This document shows, in pieces, positions 38,680 to 51,974 of a DNA stretch of 64,000 bases. The translations under genes and the position numbers were made by a program. This DNA is from Felis catus. Its lineage: Eukaryota. The DNA is taken from NCBI RefSeq assembly GCF_018350175.1, contig NC_058368.1, forward strand, positions 165,170,001 to 165,234,000. Direction: 5' to 3'. The stretch's first letter is position 1; the number at the start of each line of letters is the position of its first letter. The notes under the pieces are model-generated. The model was not told the origin of the DNA and did not search any database. It worked only from the letters and a program-made list of their open reading frames with translations.

Positions 38680-38823
38680 TAATCCAGGATAATGTCCTTA
38701 TTTTAAAATCCATAACTTAAATTATATCAGCATAGTTCACTTTGCAATATTATACAACATATTCATAGATTCCAGGGATTTGGGAGTAGAAATCTTTGTG
38801 CAGACATTATTCTGTTTATCACA
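38680..38823 (-). mobile_element. MLT1 LTR fragment
   Basis: aacatattcatagattccagggatt...cattattctgtttatcaca. Confidence 0.65.
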
Positions 38824-39302
38824 CTCCAGAAACAAAATCACTTAAAATAGTTTATTTATTACATATTCATACATTTGCACTTAAGACTATTAAATAGATC
38901 CCAGCTTGCATCAACTTGTTATGTATTTTTTTTTTATTTTTTCTTTTTATTTTTGACTGCATCTTTGGCAACAAAGATTATGTTGCATTTTACTTTATTC
39001 TGTCCAGTATCTTGAAGAGCAGAAACCTCTTTTTAGTCATAGTGGTACAGTGTTTCTCAAATGAATGTCTCTTCCTCTCAAAATTGGATTAAGACAAAGG
39101 AATCTTAAGTTTCAGTTTTGTTGAGAAGTCATGTTTTTTCTTTGGTGATAACAGTGTTCCAATCCCATTTACTTCCTTCTTCTATTAGGTGACGAGAAAG
39201 AAAAAAGTTTTTGCCTCATGCCACCCTACCCCCCAGTTTTTTGTAAAAAAGAATTTTTTGGTACTTATTCAAGTACTGTGTTTGGCACTTAAAATGCATT
39301 TC

Positions 39303-39799
39303 TTGTTGTTGTTGTTGTTGTTGTTGTTGTTATTTTTAATGACTGAAACAGAACATATCTAAAACCACAGCTTTTGGAAGGACCATTTGTTCTTGCTGAT
39401 CTTGTACCTCTCCTTGAACTTGATCTTGGCCTCTTCTTGGGCCTTGCATTTAAGAGCAAGAACTCTGAAGACATCCTTCTTGACCACAGTCTTGTACCAG
39501 AGGATATCCACAGAGTGCCTTATGGGCATGAAGTGACTGTAGGTATAAACTTTCACAAAAGACTTGATCTTTGACCTTTTGGTGATTTCCTTCTTGCCCA
39601 TGGCAGCGGTCACTTTGCAGGGATAGCAGTCAATTCCAGCCACCAGGGCATGGCTGTAGGGATGGTCTGAGGTGCCATCATCAATGTTCTTCACAATGAC
39701 CACTTTGTGTCCAGAATAGTGTCTGGTCCAGACTGGCACCACCTTCCTGACACCAGCCCATCTCGACACCAGCCACTCGAGCCCACAGCAGAAAGGAAG
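39303..39799 (-). pseudogene. RPL27: Full-length processed pseudogene of 60S ribosomal protein L27 (eL27)
   Basis: Intronless ORF with [22 protein letters not shown] and [11 protein letters not shown]; 5'TOP cttcctttc; ATTAAA; tail decayed to (AAC)n; imperfect TSD ttaaaatgcatttc / ttaagatgcttatttc; native ATG (39761-39759) out of frame. Confidence 0.97.
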
Positions 39800-40394
39800 T
39801 TAAGATGCTTATTTCAAAGAATATGCAACTGCCATATTTAAGTTTCTTTATCTAAAAAGTGAGAATTTAAAATTGGTACCACTATTCTTATCACTTTAAG
39901 GACAACAAATTCCTTTGAATATATCAGAAATGGGTGTGTGAAAATTTACTTCCACTGCTACCTTCTTGCACAGTTTCCTCATGCTTCTCAGATTATAACT
40001 TTGCTTGCATCTAATCATAAAACAAATTTTGAGAGATGGAGAGAAAATATAAATTCTGTAACTCTTCTAGCATTCATGGATGAAATCTTTTGTAGATTAA
40101 ATACTGCATCATACTCCGTGAATATTTAATTAAAATAGTTATTGTCAGTTTGACTTGGAAAAACATTTTAATTCATTGGAATATGGGGTTTTGATAAATG
40201 TGAGGATGTTGGTAAAATTATACAATGGAATTCTTACTCAATTCCAAATTTTGAATTAAAAGCACTTTTAGAGGTACCATTAAGTACAGTTATATTGCAT
40301 TATAACTGTATTGAGCATAGTTTGTTTTACATTTATCAACTCATTTGTTCCCCCACATCAACCACGGAGTGAGAAGGCAGTAAATTGCAAGGTA

Positions 40395-40540
40395 TTGCTT
40401 TTCCAACTCAGAAGATCTGTTTAAAATGCAGATTCTGAGTCACTAGTTCTGGGATCTAGACAGCTTTTCTGCATGTCTAAGAAGCTCACCAGTCACACTG
40501 ATATTGTTCCTTCAGGGACCATACTTTGAATAGCAAAGTC
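40395..40540. mobile_element. MER5-type hAT-Charlie MITE
   Basis: tgtttaaaatgcagattct...gggaccatactttgaatagca. Confidence 0.7.
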
Positions 40541-42539
40541 CTGAAAAAACCCATTAAACTCAACGTCTGGAAATGTAAACTTTAGCCTCAGCTGTAATTT
40601 TTCAGTTGACAACATAAAGCAAATTACTTTATCTCTGAGCTGAGTCTTTTCACTTCTAAAGTAAAGGTATTTGAGTTATTATTCTGTGATTTCTTTTTAT
40701 TAATTAAGAAACTGCTGATCACAGAGGTAAAGAAATTTCTCAAATTCACACATTAGTGACAACTCCTGTTTTCTGACAACTGCAGGTTTTCTGATGGTGG
40801 TTAAAGCTTTTCACTTTACCATCCAGTAACAGAACCTGAACCCATTTATATAGAGCATCATGCCTGAAAATAAGAGAAATCATGCAGAGCTATTTTACAG
40901 GATACCTTGAGAAATTTTTGTAGATTGAACTGTTATTACTTTAATGGATTTTATATTTTTCATGCTATATCAATAGTTTTCCCTTTTATTTATTTCCACT
41001 ATTTATTATTTTTATTCCATAGACCTTTCTCCTACTTTTAAACAACCCTTGACCAAGTGATAGTGGCACCTTTAAGCAAAGCTATTCTTCACAGCAGTCT
41101 TATATGAATGCCAGCTGTGATTTCATTTATATTGAATCACTGTAATTCCTGAAACAATTTATAAAGTTTTGCAACCCTGATTTAAACTTAAATTTTCATG
41201 AAATAAAGGTACATGTAGACCATATTCATCTGTATGTTTCTATTTTTCATTTTTGTGACTAAAGTTGGGCTTGCGGATATAAACTTCCTGGCATTCCTTC
41301 ACCGAGTAGTAGAACCTTCATTCTAAAGCAAATGTGGATAAAAATCTGAACATGCTTGCTTGCAGGTGTATTGAGTATCTCATTAGCATTGCACTTATTA
41401 CCTCTTGCAATCTACATGACACTGTTTGGGCATGGATAAACAGGTGCACATGGGCATAGGACCAAATCTAAGATGAAACACAAGTGACCAGTGTGCTTCT
41501 ACATTTTTAGGCCAACTGGTAGTTTTTTATTGACTACAGATGGTTACTGACTACACAATAATAAGCTTCCAGTTGACTGATTATATTTTTAAGTTACCCC
41601 AATTTTTTTTTTCTCACAGCTAGGAACTCCAATTTATACTCAGGATAAATTTTAGCCCATATGACGGCCTTATAGCCCAGATGTACCCTTGAAGTCAGTG
41701 GAGATTTCAATCCTCATTTACAGCTGAAGACTCATTTTCATATTTTAAGAGCATGAAGAAATGAGCCAGTTCAACTCTCCTCATCTTTCCCAGAGTTCTT
41801 CCCCAATTTTTAAATGTGTGCTTTCTGGGGCTCAAGTGAATGCACTGCAGGAGACACAGAGTCAAAATATATATGTAAATTATTTTATTTTTGGAACATT
41901 TCTTACAGTAGTCTTGGCTGAGAAAGTGCCTCATTAAATGCATCAAATGTGTTTTAGGTGTCAACTCTTTATTCTATACTAAACTACTTGATTTAGTGGC
42001 CACACACATAAACACAAACACACACATATGCACACACACATTAATACATCCTTTATTCTCCAGTGTTAAATAGTCATGAAAGTCCAAATGAATAAATGTA
42101 GAGTAAGAAATAATGTGATAGAAAGTGTAAGAAATATCTGAAAAAAATACTATTAAAAAAACTTAAAGAATGGGCAATACTCCTTTTAATATGGTGATAG
42201 AGGAGTACAGGATAAAAGGTTCTGGCCTTTACTTCAGGTATAATATTCAGGAGCAAAGTTGGAACATTCTGTAACAAGTTAGTAATGTAAGTAGGCACTG
42301 CATTTGAAAATACATGATTTGGCTTCTAAGTTAAATTAGACAATATATAGATCTAATAAGATCTTGGCTGATTTATTCCACTCCCAACTTTGGGAAGCAA
42401 TATCTTCATCTGTAAAATAAAGAACTTTTATTTAATGATCTCTTAATTCTCTTATATAACCTAAAATTCAGTAATGATTTTAAAAGCTATTGAAAGCACT
42501 TGTAAACATTGTTACCCCTTCTTCTCTCAGATCTCTACT

Positions 42540-42715
42540 TTCTGTGCATTTGCTCTATCTTTGTGGTATTTTATAATTATTTGACAGATTTGTATTTATA
42601 TACTTCTTAGACAGTAGATTGTAAGCTCCATAACAGCAAGGCTTTACTTAATTTTTTTATCCTCAGTATCTGGCGGGTAGTACACATTCAGTAAATATCC
42701 TGTTAATAAATGATT
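42540..42715 (+). mobile_element. LINE-2 3' end
   Basis: tagattgtaagctccat...attcagtaaatat..tgttaataaatga. Confidence 0.6.
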
Positions 42716-42760
42716 ACATAAATCAGTAAACATCTTCCAATGAAATGAATCAATATACAT

Positions 42761-42764
<4 letters not shown>

Positions 42765-42810
<46 letters not shown>
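42765..42810. repeat. (AT)n microsatellite
   Basis: Direct observation. Confidence 0.95.
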
Positions 42811-42814
<4 letters not shown>

Positions 42815-43400
42815 ACTAACAGCCTCATTCTGTTTTATCCTGAAACACTTTTCCAAAATGAGAAAAAAAATACCTAACACGTAATTTGAATTGTATCTAG
42901 TTAAAAAAGAATAAGTATCTTATAGTCCAAAAAGTCAAATAAATAATTCAGTGTGCATCAGACAACGCACTGGTCTTTTTTAATGCTGCAACTTCTTTTT
43001 TTCTGATATGTTGACAAAAGGTTAACAGGAAGTAAATTGATCATATAAAGTAAACCCTTGCTTATAAATAATACAATGGAGTAGATACTTTGTCTCAGCT
43101 TTCCTGAAGTGGGCTGTGTAGTTAAAGCAACATATATCTTTGAAATTATAAAAATACAATTTTACAAGATAAAATGTTTAATAGTGAAAAATAAAATGCT
43201 TTGAAACATTAAGCAATTTTTAATTGGAGGAAAGTGTGTTATAATCCACAGTCTTTCTACTGAATAGATCCTCAATTAAGGAGCAATAGTCAAGAATCAT
43301 TAAAGACTTAGAAGTATCTATATGTAAAAGCTGAGTAAGTTGCAAAGAATGTTAAAATAAATATCTGACACAGAAAGACTAATGTTAACATTAAATGTAG

Positions 43401-46220
43401 AGAGACGAGTTAAGATGGCAGAGTGGCATGGAGACCCTGAGCTGGTCTTGTCCCTGAAATGCAGCTAGATCAGCACCAAACTATTTTGAACATCTAGGAA
43501 ACTGATCTGGGGTTAACACAACAATCGGCATAAGTTGAGCCACAGACTAATCAGGTACATGGTGTGGAGAAGTGAACTGGGGGAGAGCAAAGCATGGAAA
43601 GTAGAGAGTTGTTTTTGCAAAGAGAGGACAGAGAAAGAGAAGGGGGGAGAGTGTGGCACATTGGGGTCACGAAAGAAAAGCACTCCCTGAAAGTAGCTGG
43701 AGAGAAAGAGTGAAAACACTTGCAGGGGACTGAACAAGAAATCTGTTACCCAAACCATTGATGGGAAGAAATGAGAGGGCTTCAATACCACCAGGAGTCT
43801 ATAAACAGTGGAGCTCAGAGTCTGAAGTTTTAGAGCTCTGTGCCTGGCAGTGCTCTGGTGAGGAAGTAGGGCAAATCCCCAGGAACAGGCAGCAGGGTCT
43901 GAGGTACTCATGTGCCACATGGAGAGAAGCGGTTCCCCTGCTTGGAGTGAATTTGATAAAGGCCATATGGCCTCCCCACAGTCAAAGGTGCTGGTGGACC
44001 CCCTGGAGAGCATCCACATGTCTGGTATTGGGACAAAGATGTAAGAGTACAGTGAAACCTGGCACTGGCTGTGTTGTGATTTGCCATAATCTCTGAACTT
44101 CTGCAGCTGAGTGATTGCCTGAATGTTTTCTGGGACAAGCTACTGCTCAGTGAGACTCTCCCCAAGAGAATTGGCAGGTCCAAGCCACAGGGGTCTCTGA
44201 AGTGTGTGGTTTTGAAACACAACCCCATTGGAGATAAAACTCTGAAGGGAGGTGCCACCTGGTAGGCAGGCAGCTTGGACACAGGGTAGAGGCAGGGAGT
44301 GGACCGAGTCCTGAAACAATGAAGGGGTGCTTGATAATGGGTTGGTGAGAATGAAAAGTTCCCATGGATGAAGCCATTTCCACCTCTCCTGCACATGCGC
44401 ATGTGCACTCATGTTCATGCACACCACACTGATTCACTCCAGTATGCTAAACTGAGTAATGCTACCTAGTGGAAAATGGAACCATTACACCAAACCCTGC
44501 CCAACTGCACCCTCCAAGCACATCCCCTAGAAGAACAGCACAAGTCACTCCATCTGCTCAGAGTATAGTCTATAGAGGGCTTCATAGTTTCAGTTCTAGG
44601 GGAAAGTAGATGTAACTTCATTTGGGTTTCATTCACTTTGCTGGTTCATTTATTTGTTTTCTTTACTTCTGTTTTCGCTTAAATTGTTCTTTTTTCCATT
44701 CGTTCTTTATGCATACAGAAAGAGAAAAATTTATTTTTCTTTTTTTACCTTATTTTTTATTTTTTTCATATTCATTCTATTTCATTTTATTCTATTTTAT
44801 CATATAATTTTTTATTTTTTATTTTTATATTACCTCCCCCCCCCTTTTTTCTCTATTCTATCAAGCTTTTTTCAATAAGCAGACCAAAACACACTTAGGA
44901 TATATCTTCCTTTATTTGATTTTTTTTGTTTTGTTTTTACTTTCTAATTTTATTTTTTTTAATTTTATTAATTTTTTTCTTCTTCCAAAATAGCAAAACA
45001 AGGAAATTCACTCTAAAGAATAGGAAGAAATGATAGCCAGGGGCTTAATCAACATAGATATAAGCATAATGTCTGAACTAGAATTTGGAATCACAATAAC
45101 CTGGGGTTGAAAAAAACATAAAATCCTTTTCTGTGGAGAAAAAAGAAATAAAATCTAATCAGGATGAAATTAAAAATGCTATAACCAAGATGCTATCTCT
45201 AATCGGTGCCACGATGGCAAGGGTGGAGGAAGCAGAGCAGCTAATCAGTGATAGAGAAGATAAAATTAAGGAGAATATTGAGGCAGAAAAAAGGAGGGAA
45301 ACAAAGGCAAAAGATCATAGTACAAAACTTAAAGAACTAAGTGACTTAGTAAAAAGGAACAACATCTGGGTTGCCTGGGTGGTTAAATCAGTTAAGTGTC
45401 CAACTTAAGCTCAGGTCATGATCTCATGGTTCATGAGTTCAAGCCCCACCTCAGGCTCTGTGCTGACAGCCCGGAACCTGGAGCCAGCTTCAGATTCTGT
45501 GTCTCCCTCTGTCTCTCTTTCTCCCTTGCTCATGTTTTTTTTGTTTGTTTGTTTGTTTTCCTCTCTCTCCCTCCCTCTCTCTCTCTCTCCCCCTCTCTTT
45601 CTTTCTCTCTCTCTCTCTCTCAAATAAACATTAAGAAAAAGAAAAGGAATCACATCCAAAGTATAGGAGTCCCAGAATGTGAAGAGAAAGAAAAAGGGTC
45701 AGAAGGCTCCTGTGAGCAAATGATAGCAGAAAACTTTTCTAATCTGAGGAAGGACACAGACATCAAAATCCAAGAAACACAGAAAACTCCCATTAGATTC
45801 AACAACAACTGATGATCACCAAGGCATATCATAGTCAAATTCACAAAATAAACAGACAAGGAAAGAGTTATGAAAGCAGTAAAGGAAAAAGTCTTTGTAA
45901 GGGAAGACAGATCAGGTTTGCTTCATACCATCCACAGAAACTTGGCAGGCCAGAAAGGATTGGCAGGTTGTATTCAACATGCTGAATTGGAAAAACTGTG
46001 CAGCCAACAAGTCTTTATCCAGCAAGGCTGTCATTCAAAATAGAAGGAGGTATAAAGAGTTTCCCAGAAAAATAAAAACCAAAGGAGTTCATGACCACTA
46101 AACCAGCCCTGCAATAAATTTAAGGGGGACCCTTTGAGTGGAAAAAAGACAAAACAAAAAAGACCAAAAGCAATAAAGACTAGAAAGGACCAGAGAACAT
46201 CACCAGAAACACCAACTCTC
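43401..46220 (+). mobile_element. Carnivore LINE-1 5'UTR + decayed ORF1, lacking ORF2 and 3' end
   Basis: aagatggcagag start; GC-richer 5'UTR; ORF1 remnants (EEAEQLISDREDK, IGVPECEEKEKG..IAENFSNLRKDTDIKIQE). Confidence 0.9.
45368..45641 (+). mobile_element. CAN-SINE nested in L1 ORF1
   Basis: TSD aaaaggaacaacatc / aaaaggaatcacatc; expanded (CT)n. Confidence 0.94.
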
Positions 46221-46285
46221 GTGGCCACGCCCCAACTTGGTCGGTCGGTCTCTCTCTCAAAAAATTAATAAACATAAAAATTTAA

Positions 46286-46643
46286 GAATCTTAAAATGGG
46301 GAGATTATCCTGGATTATCTGAGTGGGCCCTATGTAATCATAAGGGAAGGAGGATCAGAGTTAGAAACAGGAAATGTTTTCAAGAACAGAAGCAAAAATT
46401 GCAGTGATGCAAGAAAGGAGTCTTCAGTCCAAGAATGCACATGATCTGTAGAAGCTGAAAAGGCAAGAAAATGGATTCTACCCTAAAATATTCTGGAGGG
46501 AACAAGCCCGGGAGACACCTTGCTTTTAGCCAATGAGATTGATGTACTTCTGATCTCCATAAATGTGAGATAACAAATGTGTGTTGTTTTAAGCCACTAG
46601 GTGTGTGCTACCTTTTTATAGCACCAAATAAGAAATGAATATA
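46286..46643 (+). mobile_element. MLT1D-like LTR, 5'-truncated
   Basis: gagattatcctggattatctgagtgggccc...gtgttgttttaagccact...tatagca. Confidence 0.85.
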
Positions 46644-46779
46644 GACAGCTTGTTCATGATGTTTCCAGGATCTTAACATGTTACTCTTCTCCCAGCAACC
46701 TTTGCTATGAGCTTCCCTTTCATACAGGAAACGATTGCCAGCAATGACATCCCCAACGTTTTTTCAGTCTTTAAAAAAA

Positions 46780-46799
46780 TTTTTTAATGTTCATTTATT

Positions 46800-46844
<45 letters not shown>

Positions 46845-47002
46845 GGGAGGTGCAGAGCGACAGGGAGACCAAGAATCCTAAGCAGGCTCCAGTTTCTGAG
46901 GTGTCAGCACAAAGCCTGACTTGGGGCTTCAAATCATGAGCCATGAGATCATGACCTGAACTGAAGTTGGACACTTAACCAACTGAGCTACCCAGGTTCC
47001 CC
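46780..47002 (-). mobile_element. CAN-SINE with (GA)n tract
   Basis: SINE body; (GA)n at 46803-46841; TSD not evident. Confidence 0.93.
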
Positions 47003-47726
47003 TATAACACAAGTTTTAAAGTAGAAATTAAATATATTCTCTTAAATAAGCATTTGAAAGAAATTATTACATTTTTATAATGTATCTCTTTAAAAAAATA
47101 AATCAAAATAAAATATCAAAAACTACTGAATATTAATTTTTAAAAATTTAGCTTAAGTCCTTTGAGTATATGGTGTAACACTTTTTGACTGAATTTGAAT
47201 TAGTGTTTTAGAGTGGGCTTAAGTTGTTTTCACACATATTGGTATTAGCTAATGAATTTAGTGAAATTCTTGACAACTGCTTAACTAGATACTAATTAAA
47301 ATCAGATGCTAAATCACTAACCACAAACCAGCATATAAATATAATGACAGATACTATTGTCTTCAAAGATAAAACTTCTAAGATACAAAATTTAGATACT
47401 ATAAACATAATAATAAAGGAAATTAAGACCAATTGAACATATGGTATGCCTGAGTCAGGACAGAACTATGTTAAATATTCTGAAACATAAATAGGAATAC
47501 ATTTGTGGAAAGAAAATTAGTATCATAATGACTATAATGGAATGCATAGTAAACATTTGATTTTCTAGTATTTATTTGTGACTATAATATGTAACAAAAA
47601 TATGTAATATATGAAATAGTTTTAACTAAATTTTTATCTAATATGCCACTTATCTTCATGTACTTAGGCCCTGAATTTCTAAATATTATGTTTACACACA
47701 AATTAATTGCATTTCTATTAATTTGG

Positions 47727-48202
47727 TGCCGTGGGTAGTTTCTAACATAGGCTCCCACTGGCATCTACCTGCTGTTACTAACACCCTTGGAGTGTAGCAC
47801 CTGTGACTTGATACTAGGTATACAATAAATACCACAAAGGTGACAGAATATCACCCTGTGATTACTTTTCATAAGCAAGTCACCATAGTGTAGGTGCTCA
47901 CATGGCGAGGAACACAGGGCTGCCTCCAGCCAATAGCCAGCATGGACCTAAAAACTTCCATCTAACAGTCCATGAGAAATTGAATCTTGACAGTACACAC
48001 TTGGAAGTAGATCATGTTGTAGTCAGGCCTTCACCTGGGGAATCCTTAACTGCATTCTTGTGAGACACGCTGGAGCAGAAGACCCAGGTGAGCTGTGCCA
48101 GCTTAGAAAGTGGACCATAGAAAATGTGAAATAACAAATATGTGTCATTTTAAAATGATAAATTTGTGGTAATTTGTTATGCAGCAATAGATAAATTATA
48201 CA
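47727..48202 (+). mobile_element. MLT1E/F-like LTR
   Basis: ccagccaatagccagcatgga..., ends ttgtggtaatttgttatgcagcaatagataa..ataca. Confidence 0.75.
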
Positions 48203-48210
48203 TATAGATT

Positions 48211-48420
48211 TATTTTTTAATGTTTATTTTGAGAGACAGAGTGTGTATGTGCACATGTGCACACAAGTGGGGGAGGGGCAGAAAGAAGGGGAAGGGAGAG
48301 ATTCAGAAGTTGACTCCGTGCAGTCATTGCATGGGATGGAGGACTCATGTCATGAACCATGAGATCATGACCTGAGCTGTAATCGAGAGATGCTTCACCA
48401 ACTGAGCCACCCAGGTGCCC
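48211..48420 (-). mobile_element. CAN-SINE
   Basis: SINE body; TSD tatacatataga. Confidence 0.92.
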
Positions 48421-48708
48421 TGATATACATATAGACTTTAATGACACAATGATTTTCTTATGAGATATCAATAATGAGTTTATTAATTTCACAAGTTCTA
48501 GAATAGGGGCATTAGAAATGCTAAATATGTCATAACGTTTTTATTATTTTCTTTCATTTACTTAATTCAGTAATATTATAATGGTAATTTACAATAAAAT
48601 TTGCCCTTTTTAGATGTGCAGATCAATGAATTTTGACAATGGTGGATAGTTGTGTAACCACAAGATATTGGAGATATAAAATATTGTCATCTTACTCAAC
48701 TAAAAGAA

Positions 48709-48905
48709 TTTTTTTAATGATTATGTATTCATTTTTGATGGGGGCGTGGTGTGCAAAAAGAGAGGGAAAGAGAGAATCCCAAGCAGGCTCCGCACTGTCA
48801 GTGCAGAGCCCAACATGGGGCTCAGACTCACAAACCATGATGTCATGACCTGAGCTGAAACCAAAAGTCAGTTGCTTAACTAGAATGAGCCACCCAGGCC
48901 CCCCC
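48709..48905 (-). mobile_element. CAN-SINE
   Basis: SINE body; degraded TSD caactaaaagaattttt / caacttaaaacattttt. Confidence 0.92.
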
Positions 48906-49964
48906 AACTTAAAACATTTTTTGGAATACCTGGCTATTTTCATTGTTTAGCACAAGAGCAATGTTATTTGAAGCTTTCTAAATACTAAGTGAAATCTGCA
49001 TTTGTTTTAATTCCATCTCTGTATTATACCATTAGAAAAAATATAAAAATGAGTAAAGCAGTGTAAAACTTTAGCTTAATAAAGGATATTGAAAAACTTT
49101 CCTAAATTTAATTGATCTGCTTATAATTAGCATGGGGTCTTTGTCCTTTGGGACAAATACTTTTCAAATTATATCCAAGAAAATAAAACATCAATCAGGG
49201 TTGGGAAGTGGTAAAAGGTGAAATTTTGCTTTCTAAAACCATTTATGTAGAAAAACTGTCCCTTGCCATAAAACACAAATATGCAAAACCATACACATTT
49301 TTATGAAATAATGAAAGTAGAATTTCTAGAATCTGTCATTACTGCATCAGCCATAAAGATGATTGCACTGAGGAGGCAAAGTGTTTTAGATCCACTGAAA
49401 CAAATATATCTGTTGTGTGGTGATAAAAACAAAAGGATCTGTTAGAAATTGGTTGCAATTACTATCTAGAGTTCCTGAACAAATTTGTACCATTTTAAGG
49501 AAATATATTTTTTTTCTCGAGGTAAAAAAGAAATATCAGAGTATAGATGGATGGATGGATGAATTTTTCCCTTCAGATGATGGAACATGGTTTTATCGAG
49601 TTAGATATCTAAACATAAATTTGGTTTTATATAGAATAACTTTCTATCTTAGGAAAATTTTCCAATATTATTCACTATTGAGGGATTCAAATAATAGTAT
49701 AATTGGTCAGTCAAGCAAGTAGGTTTATAGGTTATGTAAACAATTTCCAATCATGAAATATAATGTATCACTAATAAAAGAATTTATAATAAATTGAGAA
49801 AAAATATTCTTTAAAAATAAGGTAAAATATTTGAAGAATTATGGAGAGAACCAATATAGAAATGGCTTAGAAATAATTTTGCTATATAAGACAACTGCAG
49901 AAATGCATCTTTTTGCTTAATTCAGTCAACTGCACAGCTCTCAAACTGTAGAAAATGCATACTA

Positions 49965-50172
49965 CAGACTCCTGGATGGCTCAGTAGGTTAAGTCTCCAA
50001 CTTTTGGTTCAGGTCATGGTCTTGAGTTTGTGGCTTCCAGCCCCACATTGGGATCTGTGCTGACAGCTCAGAGTCTGGAGCCTGCTTCGGATTCTGTGTC
50101 TCCCTCTCTCTCTTCACCTTACCCACTCAAGCTCTCTGTCTCTCTTTCTCAAAAATAAATAAAAATAGAAAA
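49965..50172 (+). mobile_element. CAN-SINE
   Basis: SINE body and A tail; catacta on both sides. Confidence 0.92.
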
Positions 50173-50861
50173 GACAACACATACTAAATGAAACTCAGTC
50201 TTTTTGGTCTTGAAAGAATGTGACCTTGTGTCACCTCCTCTGTGATTTTATTCTCCTGCTTCTGAGAGTACAGGAGATGCCAAAATTACTTAGTGGGGCT
50301 CCAGAACTTTCAACTTTATCAGTAGGAAGCAAGTAGAGTTTACTGGAGAGTATACAGAATCAAGAATAAGGGAAGTGATGTTACTGCAAAATTTAGGGAA
50401 GAATTTCATAGTTATAGTGCTGTTTTGGCTTCAGTTTATTCTTGCAATATTCATGTCATCAGCTTCTACAACTAGTTTATGTTAGGTATGGAAATCTTGA
50501 AAAGGTTTTATAAGCATCAGATTATGTGGAAAATATTTTTTTTTCTAAGTATGGCTCTTATTTAGCCATCAGTGCTTATTGAACTCCATCATTGAAAATG
50601 AAGAGGTACTTACATGTGCTGTCTTGGAAATAGTGTATTAGAAGAGAGAAAACCTTCTGTAAACTGAATATCACTATTTAAATTAAATACTCAATTTTAT
50701 GTGTTTTTTTTTTAATTTTTCTTCCCTTTGAAGAAAGGGAATTGTGGCAATGAACAATTTACTCTTTAAGTACTCTTTAAGAGGTTTAAAAGCTACTCTA
50801 AAACAATCTGCAATGACAAATATTTTATAATCATAGTTTCCTTTTATTTTCTTGAATAAGA

Positions 50862-50865
<4 letters not shown>

Positions 50866-50892
<27 letters not shown>

Positions 50893-51110
50893 GAGAATAA
50901 TGGTAACATACGTTGTTCTAGTTGTGTGAGGTAACTTATTTAATCCTTATAAGGATTAAATTTATTTTTATTCTCATTTTTGTGGATGAGGAATCTGAAG
51001 CACATAGAGGTTATAAATACCGTCAGTGGCTCTGTGGGCAGTAATGGCAGTAATTGTGACCAGTGGGATTCAAGAGCAAAGACTAGTTCTGGAGCCAATA
51101 CCCTTAATCT
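50866..51110 (-). mobile_element. MIR with adjacent (AAT)n
   Basis: ctcatttttgtggatgaggaatctgaagcacatagaggtta MIR core. Confidence 0.7.
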
Positions 51111-51974
51111 TTACATAATTTAGAGGAGAACACAAATAATTACCCCCAATGGCACACTAGGGCTATTCATTTCTATTAAAAGTATTTTTTAAACAGAAAA
51201 ACATATGACCTAGTAAACTTTTTACACCCTATGCTTCAATATTCACACTAGTGAACTAAATGCATTAAAATGTTAGTGTTGACTAAATAGCTACACTCCT
51301 CTAAATTTAACCTCTAACTTCATCAAAGAACATTCATATTTTCTTAATAAGGCATATCCCTTTCTAATAATTGTTCTACGTGGAGGTTATAAAATTATTA
51401 TGGCTTTTATCACTTTATTAAAACCTGTGATGAGGAAAGCCAAAGTATTTTGAAACATCCCATTTTTATTATTAGCAAAACTGACGAAAATACAAGATAG
51501 TATTTATCTGGTGAACAAGTTGTAGATGAAACTATAAAATATTGACCAGCCCCTCTTCTCCAGACTCCTTATAATGCTCCTGCTGGGCAGCACTGTTGAT
51601 GAATCTGAAGTTGCTGTGATGACAGAGTACAAAAATGTTAAACTAGACTATTGGCAATTTAAAGTCATATGCCGATTCCTTTGGGAATATTTGCAGCTTC
51701 AATTTCCAATTTTAATTTACTCTACCAGGCAATTCTCCTATTAAAAAACTCAATGATTGTGAGACAACTGTAGTAAAACCTTTAAACATTTTGACTCCAA
51801 ATACACTATTTGTTTCAAATAAACTTTTGGTACAGAAGCCATATGAATTCATCTGCTTTAAAATGTTAGGCAGGTAATGAGAGTCATTGTTTAACTCCCT
51901 GTACCACCAATAGCAAAAACAAAGTAAGGAAAAACAATCTCTGATTAATTAAATAGATGTGGGAAAAGGTTGCT

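Noticed and set aside
39359..39769. 136-aa ORF as a functional RPL27 gene
   Set aside because: Intronless, with tail and TSD, native ATG out of frame, and many CpG-type substitutions at conserved residues.
43513..44437. Cluster of overlapping 95-168 aa ORFs
   Set aside because: They lie in the GC-richer L1 5'UTR, where chance ORFs are longer; no recognisable domain.
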